DNA of 33,625 nt from Patescibacteria group bacterium UBA2193 (GTDB lineage Bacteria; Patescibacteriota; Minisyncoccia; Moranbacterales; DUUL01). Below are positions 16,527 through 23,979 of this stretch, one piece after another. Both the position numbers and the translations under genes were made by a program. The stretch lies in the NCBI GenBank assembly GCA_002327335.1, contig DCVH01000021.1, positions 1-33,625 of the forward strand, written 5' to 3'. The notes beneath the pieces were generated by a model. It was not told the DNA's origin and did not search any database. It worked only from the letters and a program-made list of their open reading frames with translations. Each line of letters begins with the position of its first letter. The stretch's first letter is position 1.

Positions 16527-16793
16527 TTATTTTCTTCCGTTAATATTTTTCAAAACATCCCCATTCAGATATGGAAAAAACACTTTCCTCCGACATTCCG
16601 GACATCTTATATTCCATCCAACGAATAAGACCTCTTGGGAGTTTATCTTTTTGCCTAATTTATAACCTTTTTCATTTTCTACTGTCTCAAGATGTGCCCG
16701 ACAAAAACCACAAGTGGTCTTTATTCCGGCAGGAGGATTTTCTGGCATTCCAGAACCGGGCCCGAATATACCCGATTTAATAATTTTTGGCAT
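16527..16793 (-). CDS. Hypothetical 88-aa zinc-ribbon protein
   Basis: CGFC..x31..CPEC forms a four-Cys ribbon. SD gaggtg lies 6 nt upstream of the ATG. Confidence 0.6.
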   Translation of the reverse strand: MPKIIKSGIFGPGSGMPENPPAGIKTTCGFCRAHLETVENEKGYKLGKKINSQEVLFVGWNIRCPECRRKVFFPYLNGDVLKNINGRK

Positions 16794-16847
16794 ATTCGCA
16801 CCTCGTCTTTTTTATTGTTAATTGTCAAAAAACATCCATGAAAAATC

Positions 16848-16876
16848 AGGATATCAAAGATATCTCGTTGAGTCAA
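16848..16876 (-). promoter_or_regulatory. Candidate promoter with overlapping palindrome for the three-gene cassette
   Basis: Minus strand reads TTGACT, 17 nt, TATCCT. The -10 overlaps gatatc-ttt-gatatc (16849-16864). Confidence 0.45.
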
Positions 16877-16885
16877 TAAAAGTGA

Positions 16886-17596
16886 TTATTTTTTATTCTC
16901 CCCAATCACCACAAATTCCCCTCGGACTTTGTCGGGGTTTGTTTCAAAATATTCAAGAATTTCATCGACATTTCCTCGTTTTACTTCTTCAAACATCTTT
17001 GTCAATTCTCGGCCAACAACCAAATTCGGCTTGGCCTCTCTCTCAAGACTCAATTCCTGAAGAAGTTTCAAATTTTTAATCAAACGATGAGGAGATTCAA
17101 AAAAAACCACAGGAATTTCACTATCCAAAAGTTTCCCGAAAAACTTGTTACGCCCCTTTTTCTGAGGGGTAAACCCCCAAAATTGAAATTTTGTCATATT
17201 CAGACCGGAGACTGAAATCAAGGCCGTCAAAGAGGATGGTCCGGGAATAGAAATAATCTCAACTTCATCCCCTAAAAGTTCCAGAACTTTTGAAATAAGC
17301 TCATTTCCAGGGTCAGATAGACCTGGAGTGCCTGCATCAGAAACAAGCGCCAAATTTTGCCCATTTCGAAGCTTCTCGATGATTTTCTCCACCTTTTGTG
17401 GGTTGCTTTTTCGATGAAATGAATCTGTCGGCTTGTCGATTTCAAAATGCTTCAAAAGATTCCGCGTCACCCGAGTATCCTCACACAAAATCAAATCAAC
17501 ACTTTTCAAGACTTCAACCGCCCGAAAAGTCATATCCCCCAAATTCCCGATCGGAGTTGCTACTATATATAATGTTGGTATTTTACTGCTATTCAT
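16886..17596 (-). CDS. rsmI: 16S rRNA (cytidine1402-2'-O)-methyltransferase
   Basis: LYIVATPIGNLGDMTFRAVEVL..ILCEDTR, SDAGTPGLSDPG and FFESPHRL are present. Confidence 0.9.
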   Translation of the reverse strand: MNSSKIPTLYIVATPIGNLGDMTFRAVEVLKSVDLILCEDTRVTRNLLKHFEIDKPTDSFHRKSNPQKVEKIIEKLRNGQNLALVSDAGTPGLSDPGNELISKVLELLGDEVEIISIPGPSSLTALISVSGLNMTKFQFWGFTPQKKGRNKFFGKLLDSEIPVVFFESPHRLIKNLKLLQELSLEREAKPNLVVGRELTKMFEEVKRGNVDEILEYFETNPDKVRGEFVVIGENKK

Positions 17597-17788
17597 TTAT
17601 ATTGTTATTCTTTATAAAACAATTAATCTGATTATGGATTTTCTGAATCAAAAGTCAAATGTCAAAAATCAAAATGTAATTCAAAATCTAAAAATTATTG
17701 ACATTTACAATAAACGTGCCACACTACATTGTCAAGTTCAAAAAGAAACAGGCCTTTAACATCAACTATGAATACAAGGAGGGATAAA

Positions 17789-18028
17789 ATGAATTTAATC
17801 CTTAGAATGAACCAGATGGTTTGGGTGTTTCTCACGGAATTCGGAGAAAAGACCTACATGGAGCATTTTTGTAAACTGGGAAAGCCCCCTCTTCCACTCG
17901 AAAAAACAGAGGGTGGCTGGTCAAAATTTGAACTGCAAGAATTGATGTTCTATTTTGGCTCCCAATGCGAATTTACTGGGCAAAGACAATTCGAGGACAA
18001 TAAGATACTGCTCTTCGAACCAAATTGA
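17789..18028 (+). CDS. Hypothetical 79-aa protein
   Basis: Strong SD aaggaggg lies 5-6 nt before the ATG at 17789, and a strong terminator follows. The upstream in-frame ATGs lack an SD. Confidence 0.55.
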   Translation: MNLILRMNQMVWVFLTEFGEKTYMEHFCKLGKPPLPLEKTEGGWSKFELQELMFYFGSQCEFTGQRQFEDNKILLFEPN

Positions 18029-18050
18029 GACGCGGAAACTTCCGAACACC

Positions 18051-18096
18051 AAACGGTCGTCATTCACACAAAACGAATGATGACCGTTTTTATTTT
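18051..18096 (+). terminator. Rho-independent terminator
   Basis: aaacggtcgtcattc / gaatgatgaccgttt forms a 14/15-bp stem, followed by tttttatttt. Confidence 0.75.
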
Positions 18097-18138
18097 CCGA
18101 ACCGCTTAAAGCTAACTAAAAAAACATCTATTAAAAAA

Positions 18139-18723
18139 TCATCTGACTTCACTTTTTCTTTTTTCCAATTCATCCATTGCAATTTTTTTTGAAGAATCAA
18201 AATACAAGAAATTAGACATTTCCATTTTACTCTTCAATATTTCACAATATTCACTTTGAGTAATTTTTGAATGTCTGACATCATCCCAAAAACCAATTTT
18301 CGAGAATCTCCATAATTTATCTGCATCCCTCATAGCTGCCTCATTTTTTGATATAAAAAACTTACGAGTATCATGTTGCGAAATAACCTCTAAAATTTCA
18401 TCTACTAGACTTGAGTCATAATTCACTTTACTTAAAATTATTTTTGCCAACTTCACGCCCTCATCTTGATGCCTCAACCGAACCTGGAGTATTTCGTTTA
18501 GATCATTTCCTTTGTCAAAAATCGAAAACCGTTCTTTTTTAGAAAGTTGGCTCCATCCAATATCATGAAGGATAGCGGAAGGAATCACTACATCATCATT
18601 TAATCCTTCGATATTAGAAAGCTTGGTAGCATAATAAGTCACAATTTCAGCGTGACCCTTATCATCTCTAGCGTCTTGATAAATTAATGCCAAATCCCAA
18701 ATCTCTTTATGTTTTTCTTTCAT
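18139..18723 (-). CDS. HD-domain phosphohydrolase
   Basis: H..AILHDIGW (His-Asp doublet) and later SQHD are present. 194 aa. Confidence 0.7.
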   Translation of the reverse strand: MKEKHKEIWDLALIYQDARDDKGHAEIVTYYATKLSNIEGLNDDVVIPSAILHDIGWSQLSKKERFSIFDKGNDLNEILQVRLRHQDEGVKLAKIILSKVNYDSSLVDEILEVISQHDTRKFFISKNEAAMRDADKLWRFSKIGFWDDVRHSKITQSEYCEILKSKMEMSNFLYFDSSKKIAMDELEKRKSEVR

Positions 18724-18780
18724 AACTTTTCTAAAAAAATATTTACAACCTGATCCAATTAATAATCACCAACATTATCC

Positions 18781-19050
18781 CTACAACAAAAATCGTTCCG
18801 AAAATGGTTTTGTTGTGTTTTGCAAACCAATTAGGCGACTCTCCTCGGAGGTGTATCGTGCTGCAAGAGGGGTAAAGGGGCAAGTCCATTTGTTAAACAA
18901 AAGCACTAAAATTTCCATAGCAAGCAAACCTATTGAAATGAACAAAATTGAATTGAAAGTGTTAGTGATGCCTGCATATAGAATATAAAAAGTGGCAAGC
19001 ACCATAACTATCCAAATCACAGAATGAATAATTTTTATTAATTTGAGCAT
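18781..19050 (-). CDS. Small membrane protein (DUF2784-like)
   Basis: Two or three hydrophobic helices are followed by WTCPFTPL, reminiscent of the CPLTPLE motif of that family. Recalled from memory, not searched. Confidence 0.4.
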   Translation of the reverse strand: MLKLIKIIHSVIWIVMVLATFYILYAGITNTFNSILFISIGLLAMEILVLLFNKWTCPFTPLAARYTSEESRLIGLQNTTKPFSERFLL

Positions 19051-19112
19051 AAAAAATATTGCTACCTCTAATATGAATTAAATTAGAAAAAACGCTTTTG
19101 ATAAAATAAATT

Positions 19113-19970
19113 CTAAAAGTTAATCTGCCTGTCTTGCTTTTTCATGTTTATTTTTTCCGGTCCAACTTCCATCATTAAAACATTTTCTACTATAAAATCA
19201 AAACAGCCTTTTAATGTGGACAATTCTTTAATTTTTCCTTCAATAATTTCTGGAGCTTTCTTTATTGAATCCAAGCTATCCAGCCCCCAAGGAGAAGATA
19301 TTTCAAATTTAAAAGCAGGCTTTCCCTCGGAATCAATAATGCCAATCCTTATATTGGGATCAGGCAAAAATTCTGCTTCTGTTTTTTGATCTCCTTTCAG
19401 TTTGGCCCGCATATAGGCTCTGTATTCCTGACTGTCTTCTTGTTCGGGACTCAAACTCGCATCCCTCATTTTTTTTGCAATCTTTTCAACTTTCCCTTGA
19501 CCTTCCGCTCCTAATTTTTTCTGAATAAAAGCCAATGGTGCATATGAACTTACTGGATTTTTTTCCTCAAAAACCTTTTCGGAAACATCATCACCAATTT
19601 CTCTGACACTCAAAGGAATTCCCTTTCCCAACCCAGACTCCACATAACCATCGCCTTCATTTTTCTTCAATTCAAAATTGAAACGCTTGGCACGCTCTTC
19701 TGTATTTTCGCCTTCTTTTAACGCAAGAGACCCCGCGATATATTCTGCAATTTCTCTTTTAACAAAAAATCTTTCCGCACCATCTTTTTCTCTGAATTCT
19801 TCCGCGTTATCATCTTCCATTTCAGATTCCATTAAATCAGCTTCACGCGCTAGATTTTCCTCCTCATTTTTTTCTTGCTTAGCTTCAATAACTGGAATCT
19901 CCTTTTCAATTGACGGTTGTTCTTGATTGTTATCAGCTAATTTATTTTCGAGATCGAATTCTGAATTCAT
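19113..19970 (-). CDS. Hypothetical acidic protein (285 aa)
   Basis: Long ORF with a Glu/Asp-rich N-terminal third. No motif recognised. Confidence 0.5.
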   Translation of the reverse strand: MNSEFDLENKLADNNQEQPSIEKEIPVIEAKQEKNEEENLAREADLMESEMEDDNAEEFREKDGAERFFVKREIAEYIAGSLALKEGENTEERAKRFNFELKKNEGDGYVESGLGKGIPLSVREIGDDVSEKVFEEKNPVSSYAPLAFIQKKLGAEGQGKVEKIAKKMRDASLSPEQEDSQEYRAYMRAKLKGDQKTEAEFLPDPNIRIGIIDSEGKPAFKFEISSPWGLDSLDSIKKAPEIIEGKIKELSTLKGCFDFIVENVLMMEVGPEKINMKKQDRQINF

Positions 19971-20229
19971 ATAATGTTTCTTTTATTTGGTTATTAAGGG
20001 AATCGAAAAAAATCTGAGGCAAGAATGGTTGTTTTATTTCTTGGAATTTTTCCGAACCTTTTTTAAATTCATTGATTTTATCCAGATCTTCCTGACTCAT
20101 TTTGTCCATAACCAAATCCAATGTTTTTTCAATCGAAACATTCATCAAGTCCCTTATGATTTCCTCTCTCGCCTCCTCCTCCATTTTTTCCAATTCAAGA
20201 TAAGAAATTATCGCTTCTTTTAATATCAT
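19942..20229 (-). CDS. Hypothetical acidic helical protein (95 aa)
   Basis: Overlaps the start of the next ORF by 29 nt. No motif recognised. Confidence 0.4.
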   Translation of the reverse strand: MILKEAIISYLELEKMEEEAREEIIRDLMNVSIEKTLDLVMDKMSQEDLDKINEFKKGSEKFQEIKQPFLPQIFFDSLNNQIKETLYEFRIRSRK

Positions 20230-20360
20230 TGTATTTTAAGTTATTTTAAAAACCACCCCTTCGACAAGCTAAAGCGCCAGCCCATAATCTCTTTTCGGCA
20301 GGTGATTTGAAAATTTTTCCATTTAAAATTCATTGGAAATTAAGAATTGAAAATTGGAAA

Positions 20361-22673
20361 TTATTTATTGATTTCCCCTTCCTCCCCCACCTGATCAAGG
20401 TGCACAGAAAGAAGTTGGGAAATTCCGTCGTCGTTCATGGAGACGCCGTAGAGAACTGAGGCTTCTTTCATGGTTTGGCGGTTGTGAGTGACCAGCACAA
20501 ATTGAGTCTTGTTGGAAAGTTGTCGCAAGATTTTCCCAAATCTTTGAGAATTGGCTTCATCAAGTGACGCCTCCACTTCATCAAGAATGGCAAAGGGTGG
20601 TGGATTGTGTGAAATAATTGCAAAAAGAAGCGCAATTGAAGTCAGTGTTCTTTCTCCTCCAGAAAGCATTCCCAAATTCGCGATTTTCTTTCCGGGCGGG
20701 CAAGCATTTATTTCAATTCCCGTTTGAATGTCATCTTCGTCAATTTCTTCTTCTTCCAAATCTGACACTTCTCCGTTTTCCTCTTCCTCTGTTTCTTTGT
20801 TGTTGTTTCTTCTTCTCGTTTCGACTCTCACTAACTCTGACTTCCCTCCTCCAAAAATTATCTTGAAATATTCTGAAAACTTTTCATTAATTTGCTTGAA
20901 AGTTTCTTCGAAGTTTCCCTTGATATTATGCTCCATTTCTTTGATTACTTTGCGAAGACTCTTGATGGCGTCTTCCAAATCCTCCGATTCTTTTTTCAAG
21001 AAATCATACCGCTCTTGAGTCTCTTGATATTCTTGCAAAATTGTTTCATCAATTGCGCCCACTTGTTCAAGTTGAAATTTGAGTCGCTCAATGTCATGCT
21101 CCCATTTGTTCACATCAACATGAGCATCAGTTTTTTTGATTTTTTCCGGACTGACTTTCATTTCTTTCTCGATTCGAATTTGCAAATCTTCTTCTCGAAC
21201 TTCCAATTTTGCAAATTCAAGTTTGTAATCATTGAATTGATCTTTTACTTTTTCAGTTTCAAATTGTTTTCTTCGAAGTTCATCTTCCAACCGAATTGTT
21301 TCTCTTCGATCTTCTTGATCTTTTTTAATCAAGTCATTGATTTTTCCACGAATTTCTTTTCGTTGAAGTTCCACCTTGTCCCGCTCTTTCCTTATTTTCT
21401 CAATTTCCAATTGCATTGCATCCAATCGTGCTTGACCTTCTTGATGAATTTTTTGAATTTTGTCTTCTTGTTTCTTCTTTTCAATTTTTCCTTTTATCAC
21501 GCCCTGATGAAGTTCTGAAAGATCAATTGATATTTTTTTTGCATATTCCTTGAGCTCTTCCAGTCCTCCAAGATTTTTCAACAACGAAAGTTTTTCAACG
21601 AGTTGGTTTTGTCTTTTTTGAAGATCATCAAGTCGAGTTTTTATGAAACTTGCATCAACCGGAATTATTTCAATTAATTTGATTTCTTTCTGCCGTTCTT
21701 TTTCAAGCTCCAATTTCCCCTGTTCAATGATGAGCCGTCTTTCCAAATCATTCGAAGCATAATTAATTTTTCGCTCTTCGTCTTCAAGCTTTCGAATCTC
21801 TTCTTGATGACTTGCTTTGTTGCCTGATTCTTTGCTGAGCTTGTCTTGAATTTCATCAATCTCTCGTTGATTAATCATAATCTTTTTGGAAAAATCATCT
21901 TTGATTCCTGAAGATTGTTCTTTCTCTTTTTGAATATTGCCCCAAAGAAACCCAAAAAGTTCGTTCTGTTTTTGATTCAAATTTTGTCGATATTCATCAC
22001 CTTTTTCTGCTTTCTGACTTTGACGACGAAGCATGTTGAGGTGCGGTTCGATTTCAGTCAATAGTCCTTTGACTCTTTCGATGTTGATTTTTGTTGATCG
22101 CAATTTTCTTTCACTTCTTTCTTTTTTAATTTGATGTTCTTTCACGCCAGCTGCCTCTTCAATGATCACGCGCCGTTCCACCGGAGTGGCATTCAAAGCA
22201 TGATCCGCCATTCCTTGATTGATGATGCAATAACTCCTTTGCCCAATTCCGGCTTTCGCCAACATATCAACAATATCCAAAAGTCTCACTCGACTTCCAT
22301 TGATAAGATATTCACTTTCTCCGCTTCGATAGATTTTTCTGGTTATCACCAAGTCCTCATAATCAATCGGAATTTTTTTGGAAGAATTGTCCAAATATAT
22401 TGAAACCTGGGCACTCCCCAGTTGAGATTTTTTTCCTGAACCAGCGAAAATAATGTCTTCCGATTTTTTCCCTCGAAGAGTTTTCATGGACTGTTCTCCC
22501 AGCGCCCATTTCAAGGCATCGGCAATATTTGATTTTCCACTTCCATTCGGTCCAACAATTGCTGTGATTCCAAGTTTTTTCCCGCCACTCAAAACTCCGG
22601 CTTTGGAAAAATCCAAAACCGTCTTTTTAGCAAACGATTTAAACCCACTGATTTCTATTTTTCTTAAAAACAC
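20361..22673 (-). CDS. smc: SMC-type ABC ATPase, short (770 aa), no recognisable hinge
   Basis: GTG start. The N-terminal head reads KIEISGFKSF..GPNGSGKSN. The C-terminal head reads LSGGERTLTSIALLFAI..ILDEVEASLD..THN. A single continuous heptad-rich segment lies between them. Follows rnc, as in rnc-smc clusters. Confidence 0.8.
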   Translation of the reverse strand: MFLRKIEISGFKSFAKKTVLDFSKAGVLSGGKKLGITAIVGPNGSGKSNIADALKWALGEQSMKTLRGKKSEDIIFAGSGKKSQLGSAQVSIYLDNSSKKIPIDYEDLVITRKIYRSGESEYLINGSRVRLLDIVDMLAKAGIGQRSYCIINQGMADHALNATPVERRVIIEEAAGVKEHQIKKERSERKLRSTKINIERVKGLLTEIEPHLNMLRRQSQKAEKGDEYRQNLNQKQNELFGFLWGNIQKEKEQSSGIKDDFSKKIMINQREIDEIQDKLSKESGNKASHQEEIRKLEDEERKINYASNDLERRLIIEQGKLELEKERQKEIKLIEIIPVDASFIKTRLDDLQKRQNQLVEKLSLLKNLGGLEELKEYAKKISIDLSELHQGVIKGKIEKKKQEDKIQKIHQEGQARLDAMQLEIEKIRKERDKVELQRKEIRGKINDLIKKDQEDRRETIRLEDELRRKQFETEKVKDQFNDYKLEFAKLEVREEDLQIRIEKEMKVSPEKIKKTDAHVDVNKWEHDIERLKFQLEQVGAIDETILQEYQETQERYDFLKKESEDLEDAIKSLRKVIKEMEHNIKGNFEETFKQINEKFSEYFKIIFGGGKSELVRVETRRRNNNKETEEEENGEVSDLEEEEIDEDDIQTGIEINACPPGKKIANLGMLSGGERTLTSIALLFAIISHNPPPFAILDEVEASLDEANSQRFGKILRQLSNKTQFVLVTHNRQTMKEASVLYGVSMNDDGISQLLSVHLDQVGEEGEINK

Positions 22674-22675
22674 TT

Positions 22676-22806
22676 ACGTAAAATTTTTAATTTTTGAATT
22701 TTTAATTTTATAAATAAATAAAAATTTTTAATTTTCTGATTTTAAAAATTTAGATTTAAATAATTATCTAAAAATTACAAAATTAAACATTAAAAATTAT
22801 CGCTTT
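22676..22806. repeat. AT-rich intergenic block (AT1)
   Basis: 22682-22718 matches 30318-30354 at 36 of 37 nt. 22742-22758 is identical to 15087-15103 inside miaB. Confidence 0.55.
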
Positions 22807-22811
22807 GCGAT

Positions 22812-23504
22812 CTATTTCCACCCCTTCGCTTTCAGCCCTGCCTCGGCAGCATTTCTCTGTGCTTCCTGCTTTGATTCTCCCTCTCCCTCGGCCACTTTTT
22901 CCTCTCCAAGAAAAACTGCTACGGAGAAACGTTTGTCATGATCTGGGCCCCATTCTTTGACAACTTCATAATGAGGTGTGACTTGAACAATTTCCTGTGC
23001 TTTTTCTTGAAAATAGCTTTTCGGATCTTGATAACTTTTCGTTTCCAACACCTCTGGGAGTTTTGAAATGATGTGTTTGTTAATGAATTTATCCGCTTCT
23101 TCATATCCTTGATCAAGATAAATCGCACCAATAATTGCTTCCATTGCGTTGGCAAGAATATATTGTCTTGCTTTCCCAGTATCTTTGCTTTCTCCTCGTG
23201 ACATTAATAAAAATTCTTCAATTTCAATTTCTTGTCCAATTTTGGCCAACATTTCACCATTGACGAGAGCTGCTCGCCAGTTTGTAAGATCTCCTTCTGG
23301 ATTTTGATAATTACTGAAAAGATATCTGGTCACAGACAATTCCAAAACGGCATCTCCCAAAAATTCCAATCTTTCATTGTGCGGGAGTTTGTAACTTCTG
23401 TTTTCATTGAGAAATGACCGATGGGTTAGTGCCTCTTGAAGAAATTGATAATCCTTGAATTTAAGGCCGATTTTTTCAGCCAACGCTTTTGCTTGTTCTT
23501 GCAT
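22812..23504 (-). CDS. rnc: Ribonuclease III
   Basis: Has the signature ERLEFLGDAVLE and a C-terminal dsRBD (GPDHDKRF..GEGESKQEAQRNAA). Confidence 0.95.
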   Translation of the reverse strand: MQEQAKALAEKIGLKFKDYQFLQEALTHRSFLNENRSYKLPHNERLEFLGDAVLELSVTRYLFSNYQNPEGDLTNWRAALVNGEMLAKIGQEIEIEEFLLMSRGESKDTGKARQYILANAMEAIIGAIYLDQGYEEADKFINKHIISKLPEVLETKSYQDPKSYFQEKAQEIVQVTPHYEVVKEWGPDHDKRFSVAVFLGEEKVAEGEGESKQEAQRNAAEAGLKAKGWK

Positions 23505-23659
23505 AAATAGTTTTAACGGCCGAGATGGAAACCATGAAATGAATTCATGACTTTCAACTGGGCGTTTTTAAATTAGTTGTTAGTTATTAGTTGATAGCTG
23601 GTAGTTTTTAAGCTAAAAACCATATTTGGATTCTAGCACAAAACTGTTAAAAATCAAAT

Positions 23660-23684
23660 AGCCTCCCTTTGGGAAAGGAAGGCT
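23660..23684 (-). terminator. Possible terminator of the nrdR-nrdD unit
   Basis: agcctcccttt-ggg-aaaggaaggct forms a 10-bp stem with one mismatch. It is followed on the minus strand by atttgattttt. Confidence 0.4.
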
Positions 23685-23705
23685 AGATGACAGAAGATCC
23701 ATTAT

Positions 23706-23963
23706 TTATTTTTTCGCCCCTGCAACAACATATTCTTTTCGATCACAATACTCCTGTGCTTTTCCGGCATTCCATTGTTGAACCGGACGAATATAGCCAA
23801 CGATTCTGGAATAGACTTCTGTTTTTTGGAAATTTCTCAACACCGAATCAGCTTCATGACACTTTCGACATTTGAAAAATTCTCCGCTGGTTGTTTCATA
23901 TTTCGCAACTTCTTCGTTATTTTCAAGTTCTCTTTTGCAATCATGACATATTTGTTTTTCCAT
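23706..23963 (-). CDS. Stand-alone NrdD C-terminal (glycyl-radical) domain-like protein, 85 aa
   Basis: C-terminal EVYSRIVGYIRPVQQWNAGKAQEYCDRKEYV nearly equals the NrdD C-terminus, including the RxxGY motif. The N-terminal half carries CHDC..x22..CRKC. It starts 16 nt after the nrdD stop. Confidence 0.6.
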   Translation of the reverse strand: MEKQICHDCKRELENNEEVAKYETTSGEFFKCRKCHEADSVLRNFQKTEVYSRIVGYIRPVQQWNAGKAQEYCDRKEYVVAGAKK

Positions 23964-23979
23964 ACTATTTTTTTAATTA

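Noticed and set aside
22676-22806. Possibility that the repeated AT-rich blocks are CRISPR arrays
   Set aside because: There are no regularly spaced identical repeats with unique spacers. The repeats are degenerate, palindromic at block scale, and dispersed between genes. No cas genes are present.
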